Assembly (NCBI GenBank): GCA_031835245.2
Contig: JAVKOQ020000002.1
Coordinates: 248,001-312,000, forward strand
Origin: Balamuthia mandrillaris
Lineage: Eukaryota
Direction: 5' to 3'
DNA: 64,000 bases
The notes beneath the pieces are model-generated. The model made no database searches. It saw only the letters and a list, made by a program, of their open reading frames with translations, and was not told the DNA's origin. The translations under genes were made by a program, and so were the position numbers. Below are positions 1-11,134 of this stretch, piece by piece. Position 1 is the first letter of the stretch, and every line of letters starts with the position of its first letter.

Positions 1-250
1 GCTCGGCTCACGAGCGGCAGCGGCCTTCTTCTTCTCCTCTTTCTTGGCAGCAGCTCGTTGCGCTCTCTCTCGTCGCTTCTGCTCACTGTTTTTTTAACAA
101 AAAAAATAATCCATTAGCACAAAAAAAAAGCATGAATGAATGAAAGGAAAGGAAGAGGAGAATATCATCATAAAATTAAAATAGAAGAAATACAAACTTC
201 TTGCTCAGCTTTTCCTCTCCAGCGCCGCCAGTGTTTTCGACAGGTTCCAT
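1..250 (-). CDS. 5' end of a gene running off the window; probable cytosolic lysyl-tRNA synthetase (N-terminal extension only)
   Basis: ATG at 250, one GT-AG intron, spliced reading MEPVENTGGAGEEKLSKNEQKRRERAQRAAAKKEEKKKAAAAREPS. The 'LSKNExKRR' lysine-rich helix is typical of eukaryotic LysRS N-termini, but similar motifs occur in other aminoacyl-tRNA synthetases. The catalytic domain is outside the window. Confidence 0.55.
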
Positions 251-1074
251 GTTCTTGTGTGTGTGTGTGATTATAAAATCAAAAAAAATAAAATAAATAA
301 GCTGCGAGTAGTGAAGATGAGATCAGGTCCCGCTACTCTGTTTCTTTTAAGTTTCGCCAATGTCAAATAATTTATTTTTTTGGGTCTATTTTCTTTCTTT
401 TTTGTCGTTTTCTGAGTAATTTCTTAGGATCCATTCGGATGCGCGGTGGAGGAAAATCCCTGTGTTCCCCGGACAGGAAATTCTGGACGAGCGGGACGAC
501 CGAAAAAGTCCCATCCGTGGAGCTGCATGAAAATATCATGACGTCGTGACGAAAGAAATGGCCAGAAAAGAGCAAATTTTGCACACAAGAAAAGGAAGAG
601 GAAAGAAAAGATCATAATACTTCATGGAGGAGCGTGGGAAGGGTTGTCGCAAGAGAGGGAATGATTTTGCCATATGTTTGTGCAGCTGCCCGAGGACGGG
701 GTGACAGTGGTTGCCTGGACCTGCAAGTGCAGGGAGGGAGGATAGTAGGCAACCTTTCAGTTCAAACTGCCAGCAAAGGATTGAGGAGGCGAGAAACCAG
801 TCCTCCCCGAACTTACCAAGGAAAAAGTAAGTCGATGCAATCTTGGGTTGGTTTGAAGAGTAGCCGAGACCCACATTTTGATGCTTCCTCTGGTCGCAGA
901 GTCAAGGCAACAAGAGTTCCAGGTACACAACGGCTCAAAAGAAGAAGAAGAACAAGGAGAACCAAGAAGAAGAAAGCGTTACAGAAAAAAAAGAAAAGCA
1001 TTGTTGCAAAAATAAAAATAAGACTGCTTGGACAATAACAAAAGGGAAGTTGTTTTTCTTTAAGTGTTACACTG

Positions 1075-1170
1075 TTAGCCGCAGCATCCGCCCTTGGCGT
1101 TGCCACCTTCAGCCAAGTTCTTGACGTCAGGGATATCAATGCTGTGAAACAAATATATAAGTAAATAAAG

Positions 1171-1214
<44 letters not shown>

Positions 1215-2251
1215 AGAGAGAGAAGTACGGTGGCTCGTCAGGAATGCGGGAGAGAGCAAGTTGAGCAGCGGCAAAGAAGGCTTGGTCTACATTAACAGCA
1301 TCTCGTGCACTGAATAAAACAAAAGTGAGAAACAAGGAGATTACATCTAAATACCCCAGAAAAACAAAGAGAGCAGAACAAAGAAGGAAGGATGGCGAAC
1401 AAACGGAGGAAAGGAGAAAGACACAAAAAGAACAAAGAGAGAACAAGGAGAAAGGAGAAGAGAGGAAGCAGAAACAAGAACAAGAAATATTTACCTTGCT
1501 TCGAAGAAGGGCATGTCGCCTCTCTCTCGACACCAGTTTTCTCCGGCCTTGGTAGAGACCGCTCTCCTGTCCTCCTGGTCCACTTTGTTGCCAATGACCA
1601 CGAAGGGGTAGTGGTCAGGGTCCGTAACGTTGGCCTGGACCAAGAACTCTGTCCGCCAGTTGGTCAGCGCCTCGAAGCTCTTGCTGTTGCACACGTCGTA
1701 GACCAGGATGCAGCAGTCCGCTCCTCTGTAGAACGAGTTTCCTAACGATTGGAAACGCTCTTGTCCAGCAGTGTCCTTTGTTGTTTTTGGTTTGTTCAGG
1801 TTTCATGTGTTCTTTCCTTAGGTTTAAAAGAGCTCCCAAAAAAAATATATATGTACCCAGATCTGAAGGGTGATGAACTTCTTGTCCACTTGGACCTCTT
1901 TGGTGAGAAAGTCAGCGCCAATGGTGGCTTTGTACTGTTCGCTGTACTTCTTGTTGACATAGCTGCAATAAAAACAACAAAATGTTAACCAAAGAAATGT
2001 TAGAGGCTCGAGATGAGGCTCAGAAGAAAAAATAAAATAAACGTACCGATCCATCAAAGAGGTCTTTCCAACCCTTTTATTTATTTATTGTTTTGTTAAT
2101 AAAGAGTAAGCAATGAGAATTGGTTTTGAAAAAAAAAAACAGAGGAAGAGGAAGAGGAAGATGAAAAGAGAAAGCAAAAGCAGAAGGAGGGCCTCGCGTA
2201 CCCACTATCCCCCAACAAAATCACTTTTAGCAAAGCTCTACGCTGCGCCAT
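1075..2251 (-). CDS. RAB7: Rab7 small GTPase (multi-exon)
   Basis: Spliced reading [92 protein letters not shown]. Ends in a prenylation motif (GGCCG*). Introns are GT-AG. Confidence 0.95.
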
Positions 2252-2633
2252 CTCTTCTTATCGTCAATAAATAATCAAAAAAAAGGGTGATGCGCGCACG
2301 CTTGGTGAGTCAGTTTTTTTCTTATGGCCAAAAGTTTTAACAAAACAGACAGAAACACAAAAAGGAACAGAAGATGAAAACATCAAAACAGCGACCTTCC
2401 TTCCTCGTTCCCTGTCCCTTTTTTTTTTCTACAGTTGGAAATGAAGCCCACTTCTTTTTTTTCGTTTGAATAAACTACCAAAAAAGTCCGAATAATTCAT
2501 CGAATAATTCAGACTTTCTTTTTATTTGGAGAAATTATTACGATTTTTTGTACACCATTGTCGACATTTAATAAAAGGGGAATTTTCAACCAAAAACTTA
2601 ATTTGTTGATCCCTGGAATCGAACCCGTGATGA

Positions 2634-5498
2634 TCAGGGCCGATGAGAAAGAGCGGAGGAAGAGGAGGAAGAAGGGGAGGGGAGGAGGCTCCACAGAGGC
2701 TGACCGGCCTGCAACACTTTGGAGGAGGAGCGAACGAGAGGGGTGGAGTAGGCGCCTTTGCTCCGGCTCAGCTCCTCCAACCTGGGCTTTGTTTGTAGAA
2801 ACAGTTGCAGGCATTCCTCCCGTTTGGAGCTGCGTTCCTCTGCCACGAGATTGGCTGTGGTGGTGTGGTGATCTCTTGGTGACCGCGACTTGCCGCTCCC
2901 CGTTGCTTCTTGATCCAAAAAGTACACTACAAGTACGTGCAGAGCAGCAATGCCTTCAATAATGTAGCTGCAATGAGAGAGAGAGAGTCAAAAAACTGCG
3001 TTAAAAAAGAAGTGAGAAGCCAAACAAAAAAACCTACTCTTCAAACGGAGAAGACATCAGTTTCTGCAATACCGGCAACAATAACGCACACACCTCCAAC
3101 GTCAACACCTGCTTCCACTTGTCTGCCCCATTCCCATTTCCTCCCTCTTGCTCACCTGCTCCTCCTCCCGACAACACGGCCTGACGACCCTCCAAGCCAA
3201 GCAAAACGTGCAAGACATCCGCACAAACGCCGGCATCGTTCATCTTTGCCATTTGGAGGAGGGCCGTGGTGCGGTCGCCACGGTTCCAGAGGGCCTTGAT
3301 GGCCCTGGTCCGGCTGAGGCGGGAGCTAAGCACGCTCATTTGGTCCTGGTGTTGGTGCAGCACGCTTTCCAGGAGGTTCGTCTCGGATAAGGGCGCTCCT
3401 GCTCCTCCTCCACTTTGGTCCTTTTTTTATTCGAGCAAAAGTACCTTGAGTGAACTGAAGAAGAAAGCAAAAAAAAAAAAAGCAAAGCATAGCAAAAGAA
3501 AGAGAACAAACCAGGAACGCTTCGATGGAAAGGCCAATGGGTTTTTGACGGTCTGGTTGAAGCAGAGGTGTCACCACGGGTGGTGCATCATTGCCAGCAT
3601 TACAACTGGTTTGTTGGTGGGTGTTGCTGATGGCACCAACGCTTTCTTGTTTGTCGGTTGATGATTGTTCTTGTTGCGGGTGTTGTTGCTGTGGGCTAAA
3701 GTCGCTGATGATGGGATGTACTGAAGAAGAGGAAGAAACGGTTTTGGTTGGTTGTGATGATGGCAGTTGTGCATGGGTGATGGGCTTTGTCTGTAGTACA
3801 TCTTCTTGTGGTATTGTTGCTGCGGTTACATTCTTTTCTTAAGTTAGTATTGCTTTTTTTTTTCCAAGCTCAAAACAGAGAAGCGAAGCAAAGAAGCAGA
3901 GAGAAGAGAAGAGAAAGTCGAAACGTGCGGTACCTTCAAATCCAAAAACCAAATGCTGAACTTGTCTTTGGAGAGGGAGCACGAAAGCAGCTGGTTCGTG
4001 GATGGCAAAATGTGAAGGTCGCCGGCGCTTCCTCCAACAGCAGGCGAAGAAGGATCAGCCGCAAAGAGGGCAATGGGGGGACGAACAAAGTCCGGCCATC
4101 GCGTCACCATGTTAACCCCTCCTTCGCTGTGAGAACTAACGAGGCTCGTCCCATCCGGAGTGAACAACAAGGAACAAACGGAACCTGCCGTTTTGCTGAT
4201 CGTGGAGGTAGCGGTGAAGGAATCGAGATCCCAAACGCGGATCACGCCTTGCCCATTGCCGGTGGCCAAGAAGAACTCGTCGGGATGAAAGGCAATGGAG
4301 CGGATGGCTTCATGATGGTGGTGCCCTCCTCCTCCTCCGATGGTAGTTTGAGAAGAATTGGGCGATAGGTTGTGCAATAACTTTCCAGCTGTAAGATCCC
4401 ATATCTTAAAGAGTGAACGCGTTAAACAAGGATGCAAAACAAAAGAAAGAAAAGCACACTAAGAAACGAAAAAAAAAAAAAAACAAACAAGAAAACAAGG
4501 AGCTTGCATAAAGAACCTTTGTGAGCCCTTCTTGGCCACCGGAGACCACCCATTGGCCATCCGGGCTGAACCGAATGGAAAGGATGGAGGAGAGATGTCC
4601 GTTGTAGGTTTGAATGCATTCCTTGCGCCTTACATCCCACAGCTTGAGATGGTTACCGGCACACGAAGCAAGAAAGTTGCCGTAGGGATGAAACTCCATT
4701 CTCACGTCCTCTCCACTCAAAGCAGAGACTTGATCAAAGGTGCGAACGACTATATAAAGGATAAGTAAACGGAAAAGACCAAAACTCTCACAAAGAAGAA
4801 GTAGCAGAACAAAGAAGAAGAAGAAGAAGAAGAAGAAGAAGAAGAAGAAGAGAAGAAGAAGAACACGAAGAAGGAGGAGAAGAAGAAGAAGAACAAGAAC
4901 AAGAACAAGAACAACAAGAACAACAAGAACAACAAGAAGAACGAACAACAACAACAACAACAAAGAAGAACAAAGAAGAAGAACAAGAAAGAAGAACAAG
5001 AAGAAGCACGAGAAGAAGGAAGAGGAGAATACGAAGAAGAAATGAGAAAGAAAACGACAAACCTTGACCTCTGTGAAGATCCCAAAGCTTGAAACAACCG
5101 GTGGAAGAGGTGGCGGCCAACAAGTCCTCGTTGCCGTTGAAAGCGACGCAGGTCACGTTTCCTTTCTGAAGATCTGTGAGAGTCTGAAAAGAAGAGAACA
5201 AAAGTGAGTCGTTGTTTGAGGAAGCTGTTTCATCGGAAAGAAAAACGGAACCATTATGTTCTTTGTCTTTGTGGTACTCCACAACTTTACCAACCCATCA
5301 GCTCCTCCGGTGGCAATCTTTTGGCAAAAAACAGTGAGATGAACATATCGCAAGAGGCAGAGAACAGCTCCGTTACCATTCGCCCCGTGCGTTTGCCGAG
5401 AGTAGCACAGCTGATCACCGGCTCATGTGCGCTGGTCTCCTCTTTTGATCAAACACATACAAGTTTTTTTAAAAATACAACACAGTGTCAATCCTCAT
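2634..5498 (-). CDS. KATNB1: Katanin p80 WD40 regulatory subunit (multi-exon; start approximate)
   Basis: N-terminal WD40 repeats (IATGGADGLVKLW; EFHPYGNFLAS; LWDVRRKECIQTYNGH; RFSPDGQWVVSGG; IWDLTAGKLLH; FHPDEFFLATG) and a C-terminal con80-like domain (HQDQMSVLSSRLSRTRAIKALW..VCADVL..LTLEVCALLLP). Confidence 0.88.
4795..5045. repeat. Intronic (AAG)n/(AAC)n microsatellite in katanin p80
   Basis: Directly visible; pyrimidine-rich on the sense strand. Confidence 0.9.
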
Positions 5499-5610
5499 GT
5501 CCGGTCCTCAAACTCTCTTTTGATTATATAACGTACGAATCTTCTGCAGGTGTCTCGTCATTCTTTTGCTTCTTCGGTGGCAACTTCTTTTTTTTTAACT
5601 TCCACCTCTC

Positions 5611-5646
<36 letters not shown>

Positions 5647-5755
5647 CTTATATTTTGATCGATGAAAATCCAATCCAAATCCCAATCAATCTTGCTTTTC
5701 TTCTTCTTCGCTGCAACCCACACCACAAACCCACCCTGCTACTTGATTCCACATT

Positions 5756-5767
5756 TTTGGCGGGAAA
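5756..5767. promoter_or_regulatory. E2F-like site TTTGGCGGGAAA in the divergent katanin/ankyrin promoter
   Basis: Matches the classical E2F consensus (reverse complement TTTCCCGCCAAA) in a short divergent intergenic region. Function is inferred. Confidence 0.35.
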
Positions 5768-5898
5768 ATGTCGACTATTATCCGGAGATATGGACAGACC
5801 GTGCTCATGTGAGAGATCTGTCCAGAAAGATCCCTTTGCTCCCTGGGAGGCAGGGCTGGACTTATTTTTCTCCAACTGGTTAGGACCTGAAAGAAAAA

Positions 5899-7056
5899 AT
5901 GGAAAGAAAGCGGGAGGACGGAAGAAAGCGGAAACGGCACCTGAACAGCAATGAAGGCGACCCTCCTCCTTCAGGGCAAACCCCATCCTCGCTCAGCAAA
6001 GAAGAGCACACTGTCACAGACCTTCCCTTGCCCGACGAGCTTCTCTGCCACATCCTGCAGCTCACTGGCCCCTTGTATGCTGCCATAGCGGCCAGAACCT
6101 GCCGCCGGTGGTACGCCTGCTGCCCGCGCAAGCTCCGTAGCCAGCTCAGCCTTCGTGGCGTGTGTCGAACGCTTCCCTTGCTGCGCTGGGCCGAGCAGAA
6201 CCTCTGTCCTGTGTCCGACACGCGCCTCTGTGCTGCCGCCGCGGCAGAAGGCCAGCTGGAGGCCCTGCACTGGTTGCGCAAGCGGGCCTGCCCTTGGGAC
6301 AGCGCTACCTGCCACAACGCCGCACGAGGGGGTCACCTGGCCGTCCTGCTCTGGGCTCGTCAACAGGGTTGCCATTGGGACCATCATACCTGCAGGCACG
6401 CCGCTGCTGGTGGTCAGTTGGAGGTGCTGCAGTGCCTTCATCTCAACCACTGCCCCTGGACAGAGGCTACCACCATCATAGCAGCCGAAGAGGGACATCT
6501 GTCGGTGCTGCAATGGGCCGTGGAGCATGGCTGTCCTTGGAATAGGAGCACCCTTTTCCATCGTGCCGCAGCCCGAGGCCATCTGCACATTCTCAAATGG
6601 CTCATAGAGGAGAAGAGCTGTCCCCTGTCAGCTACAGCTTGCTGCTACGCCGCGGAGGGAGGTCACCTGCACGTACTAAAGTGGTTGCGAGACAAAGGGT
6701 GTCCTTGGGACTCTCGCACCTGCGCGAATGCTGCCCGAGGAGGCCATTTGGAGTTGCTGCAATGGGCTAGACAGGGCTCACCAAGCGAAAGACCTTGCCC
6801 GTGGAACAGCGTCACCTGCTACAACGCAGCTTGGGGCGGGCATCTGAAGGTGCTGCAATGGGCAAGGGACAACGGATGTCCATGGAACGCCCAGACATGC
6901 TACTTTGCAGCCGAGGGCGGGCATCTGGAGGTGCTGCGTTGGGCCTTGGAGAACGGGTGTCCCTACGACAAGAAGGCTTATTTTTGGGCCCAGCAGAAGG
7001 GACACATGGCGGTGTGCAGATGGCTGGAGGCCAACGGGTACCACAGTGCTCCTTGA
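5899..7056 (+). CDS. Intronless F-box-like + ankyrin-like repeat protein (giant-virus/amoeba type), 385 aa
   Basis: Single ORF with an N-terminal LPLPDELLCHIL..AARTCRRW F-box-like motif followed by about 10 repeats of about 25 aa (AAxGGHLEVLQWAR.NGCPW). Confidence 0.9.
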   Translation: MERKREDGRKRKRHLNSNEGDPPPSGQTPSSLSKEEHTVTDLPLPDELLCHILQLTGPLYAAIAARTCRRWYACCPRKLRSQLSLRGVCRTLPLLRWAEQNLCPVSDTRLCAAAAAEGQLEALHWLRKRACPWDSATCHNAARGGHLAVLLWARQQGCHWDHHTCRHAAAGGQLEVLQCLHLNHCPWTEATTIIAAEEGHLSVLQWAVEHGCPWNRSTLFHRAAARGHLHILKWLIEEKSCPLSATACCYAAEGGHLHVLKWLRDKGCPWDSRTCANAARGGHLELLQWARQGSPSERPCPWNSVTCYNAAWGGHLKVLQWARDNGCPWNAQTCYFAAEGGHLEVLRWALENGCPYDKKAYFWAQQKGHMAVCRWLEANGYHSAP

Positions 7057-7232
7057 AGCGTCGACACAAATCGATTGCAACGATTCGTCGATCTTTGATT
7101 ATTTCAACCAATCAAAAACGGGTTAGCCACGTCAGCTCTATTATTTGTAGACTTAGTAAACTGAACTCGATTGGAGCACAATTGGTTCAACTGTCCAAAC
7201 AAAAAATAAATAAAAGAAAAGAAAAAAGAAAG

Positions 7233-7442
7233 ATGGAAGAACCAACGACAAGTACGACGGCGCAGCAGCAGCAACCACAACAAGCTCCCTATGTCTCTCT
7301 TCCGGCTCCTTGCGATGCGTTGGTATACTCCGACAGCGACAAATTGGCCGTGGCAACCTCCAACCTCACCGGAAAGATTTGGAACGGCGAGGTCCTCATC
7401 TTTGAGGGCAAAAACAAGAGGCGCTGCTTCACAACAGGTTTG

Positions 7443-7477
<35 letters not shown>

Positions 7478-8024
7478 CTTTTTTTGTGACTGTGCTTTCA
7501 GTGACGCGCTCGCTCACTCACCCAATCACCTGTTAGCGAGTGGCAATTGCGACATTTGTTGGTTGGGTCCAAAGAGCGAGTACGCTGTCTCTGCAACGGA
7601 TGAAGGAGCCATCTTTTTGTGGTCACTGCTGGAAGCCAATGTGGACAAAGCGAAGCAAGTCTTTGCGGAGCACGACGACACTGTCTCTGCCCTTTGTGCC
7701 AGTCCGAATAACCACAACGAGTTCGTCTCGGGCAGTTGGGACACGAAGTATGTTTTATTTATAGGTTTTATGAGGAGAGAGGTGAGGGAAGAGAGAGGAG
7801 AGAGAGGAGAGAGAGAGAGAAGAGGGTGAGGGGAGGGAGAGAAGCTTTTCCTTTGTTTGCCAACAGATACTTGAACAAAAGGGCAAAGATATGGGACACG
7901 GAAGAAGGTCGTAGTTCAGTAACCCTGGAAGGTCATTTGGACTCCATTTACACGCTCGACTGGAACAAGAAAGATCCCAACATGATTCTTACTGGCGGAA
8001 AGGTACATTCATCTTCGCTCTTTT

Positions 8025-8065
<41 letters not shown>

Positions 8066-8709
8066 TGATGAGGTGAGACACATTACATTTCTCGGTAACC
8101 CATAAAAGGACAAGCGCATCCTCAACTGGGATAAGCGACAAGGATTGGTTGCGCAAAGGTACCAAATGCCATGCGGTGTGTTCAGTGTAGCCGTCAATCC
8201 TCAAAATGAACACGTCTTTGCCGCTGGTAACATCATCCTCCTTACCTTTGTTTTGTTGCCGATTTCTTATCCTTTCTTTGACTTGTTGTTTTGTATTTGT
8301 GTGTCCAGGTTTGGAAGCTGCAGTCGTTCATGTTTATGATACACGAAAGCCAACAGAACCATTGATAGTAGATGTTCGTTTTCATTTTTAAAACACACAC
8401 ACACTCTCTCTCTCTTCCCGTTTTTATCTTACGTTCTAACCATTTCATTCACGTGCGTTTTTTTTGACAAAGGATGCCATTCATGAAGAGAGCGTAAGAA
8501 AAGTAGTTTTCTCTCCACACGACTCCTCTCTTCTTGCCTGTGCTGCCGATGACGCCACCGTCACCGTCTTTCGCACTGACGAACACCACGAAAACGGCCA
8601 GCACTGGTGCGCTTTTCTTCACTTCTTCCATTTCATCCATTCTCGCTATCCCTTTCTCTCTCTCTCTCTCTCTCTCTCGTCGTCGTTCTCCTGATTTTTC
8701 TTCTCTGTT

Positions 8710-8752
<43 letters not shown>

Positions 8753-8901
8753 GATTTTTCTTCTGTTTTGTGGCGTATAGTTATCGTTCGGAGGCACATC
8801 GAGACTATGTGCGAGGATTGGCTTGGAATCCAGACAAACAAAACCTGTTGGCGAGTGGTGGTTGGGACAAAGCTATTTATCTTCACACTATTTCTTCTTA
8901 A
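7233..8901 (+). CDS. WDR77: Methylosome protein 50 / WDR77 (multi-exon WD40 protein)
   Basis: N-terminal LAVATSNLTGKIWNGEVLIF, EHDDTVSAL..FVSGSWD, and C-terminal HRDYVRGLAWNP..LLASGGWDKAIYLH, all resembling MEP50 motifs. Confidence 0.75.
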
Positions 8902-8941
8902 ACACAAAAAAGAAAATGTTTCTTTTTAACAACAAAAAGGG

Positions 8942-9775
8942 TCATTTTTCTTTCTTTTCATGTTTTTCTTTCTTCTTTTCTTTTTTGGAGGACCGCTTTT
9001 CGCGGCTCGTTTCTTTCTTTTCTCCTTTTGCTTCTTTCTTTTTTCCCTTCTTTTTCTTTTTGTCTTTCTTCTTTCGTTCTTCCTCTTCACTTTCTTTTGC
9101 GTTTACGTTTTGTACAAAAGCGGCAACAATGTTTTGTGCTTCTTTTTCTTCGCCGCTTTCTTTTCCTTTTGCTTTGCCTTTGCTCCGGTTCAGCTGCACG
9201 AACGGATGTTGCAGCAGGTCTGATGCAGTGGCTCGTTTTGCTCCTTCTTTACACAAACTATAAAGACAATAGCAAAGGGGTGAGCATCAACACAGAAAAG
9301 AAAGAGGCGAAAAGAGGAACGAACCAAGCTTGAATGAAATCACAAAAGTCAGCGGAGAACCGTTGGGCGGGCAGAGAAGGCGGCGGGTGGTTGACTATAT
9401 AGTCGTGCAGCTCAAAGAAGGTGATGGCGGAGGAGTCTTTGCCCTCTTGAGGAGGGGTGTAAGGGTAGTAACCCAACGCGCATTCCATTATGCTGAGCCC
9501 TAACGACCAGATGTCTGTTGTGCTGGAATGAGGTTCCCCTTTGATGCGTTCTGGCTTTTAAATGTTGAAAGAAGAGAGAATGAAGAAAGGTGAGAAGCTG
9601 AAAAGCAGAGAAAATAAAAAGGAACAAAGGTACATACGTCCATGTAGGTGGCAGTACCAGCAAAGGTAAGAGCTAAGCCAAGGGTCTTTTTAAGTTTGCC
9701 GGTAACCCCAAAGTCGGCAATCTTGACTTGTCCCTTCTTATTCAGTAATATCTGTTTCACAAAATGGTGTTAGGT

Positions 9776-9831
<56 letters not shown>

Positions 9832-10894
9832 GAAGTGCAAGAGGCAATACATTAGCGGGTTTGATATCTCTATGAACAATGTGTAGCGTCTTGTGAAGGT
9901 ATTGCAAACCTTGCAGTATCTAGGTGTGAGAAAGCGAGAGGTAAAGTTATAGAATAGAAAATGATACGGAGAGAATCTGAGAAAGAGACAGAAGAGAGAG
10001 AGAGAGAAGAAAGAGAAAGAGAAATAGAGCAAGGGATTACTTGAAGCGTGATAGCAGTCAACACGTTTTCAGGGATAGTTACGCCAGAGGCTATAAGGTC
10101 AGCGAGCGAGCCGCAGTCCATGTACTCCAGAAAGATGCGAACAACGCCCTCCTCATATGACGCACCGTAGAAGCCCACGATCGAGTGATGGGCAGAACTG
10201 TGATGCGTTCTCAACTCTAAGAAGAGTTTCTTCTTCAACTCTGTTTTTCTTTTTCCATCAGAAAGAAGGAAAGAACGAAAGGAAACGTGAAGGAGAAGGG
10301 GACAAACCTTCGCTCACATCAACAGCGATCACTTTCACAGCCACGAAACGCTCGGAAGGCCGGTGCCGCATCTTCTTGACGGTGCCGCTAGAACCGGAGC
10401 CAAGCGTTACGCCCAAGTCTTCCATGTCACTCATTCTCATCGTCGTTCGATTGGGTTCTCCCTGTCCTTCTTCCTCTTCTTCATTCTCTTCTTCTTCTTC
10501 ACTTTCTTTGTTGGAGTGCGAAGAAGATCGACTGCGGCTGCTTTTTCTGCTTCTTCGTCTTCTTTGATGGATCTCTTCCGCGTCTTCTTCTATTTTTAAT
10601 CCTTCTCGACCTATGCGAAGCCCGTCTTCCACCAAAACACCTCCTCTACTAAAGTTTCTATTTGTTTTGTTTTAAAAAAAAGTTAGAATCAAAAAGAAGC
10701 TGGAGGAGGAGGATGCTGACAAACTTTTCTTCTTCGCCGTTTGGTGGTGGAGAAGCTGGAGTGTCGACACGTTGAATGAGAAGCGGCGTGGCGTTAGAGG
10801 TCTTGGCTTTGAACTTGTCCATGAACAACGGCCGCTTTCGTCGGTCTCCCGCTCCTCCTCCTCCTTTTCCATTGTTGTTGTTGGCCAGGCTCAT
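8942..10894 (-). CDS. MAP kinase kinase (STE7/MEK family; multi-exon)
   Basis: LGSGSSGTVKK, VAVKVI, IVGFYGA..IFLEYMDCGSL, HRDIKPAN, KIADFGVTGKLKKTLGLALTFAGTATYMDPERI, DIWSLG, FSADFCDFI..RATASDLLQHPF. Confidence 0.92.
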
Positions 10895-11134
10895 CGCTCC
10901 GCTCCGTTCTTTCTTTCTTTTTTGTTATCGCAGGACATGAGATCACAGCAAAATTCAAGGGAGGAGGACACGAGAGAGAGGACAGAAACTTGGGCTCTCT
11001 CTCCGCAGGGGTGCTCCCAGGGAACCAAAAGTTTGAGAGGAAAGAACCAGTTCACCCACTTGGATGTTAGGCAGCGTTTCTGCTCCCTCCTTTCAATGAT
11101 AGTTGGAGCGGTGTAAAAGGAAGAAAGATTGAGT

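Noticed and set aside
624..1038. Plus-strand ORF(s) between the LysRS-like gene and Rab7
   Set aside because: No recognisable domain, and I could not assemble a consistent spliced frame. A small gene cannot be excluded.
2605..2645. tRNA-like T-loop/B-box string (GGGTTCGATTCC on the minus strand)
   Set aside because: The T-stem does not pair fully and no D arm, anticodon arm or acceptor stem can be built. It lies at the katanin stop codon/3' UTR.
7400..7540. Apparent retained intron or GC-AG intron in WDR77 (the ORF reads through the CT repeat)
   Set aside because: A canonical phase-1 GT-AG intron (about 7439-7538) restores a MEP50-like alignment (CFTTASGNCDICW), so the read-through is coincidental.
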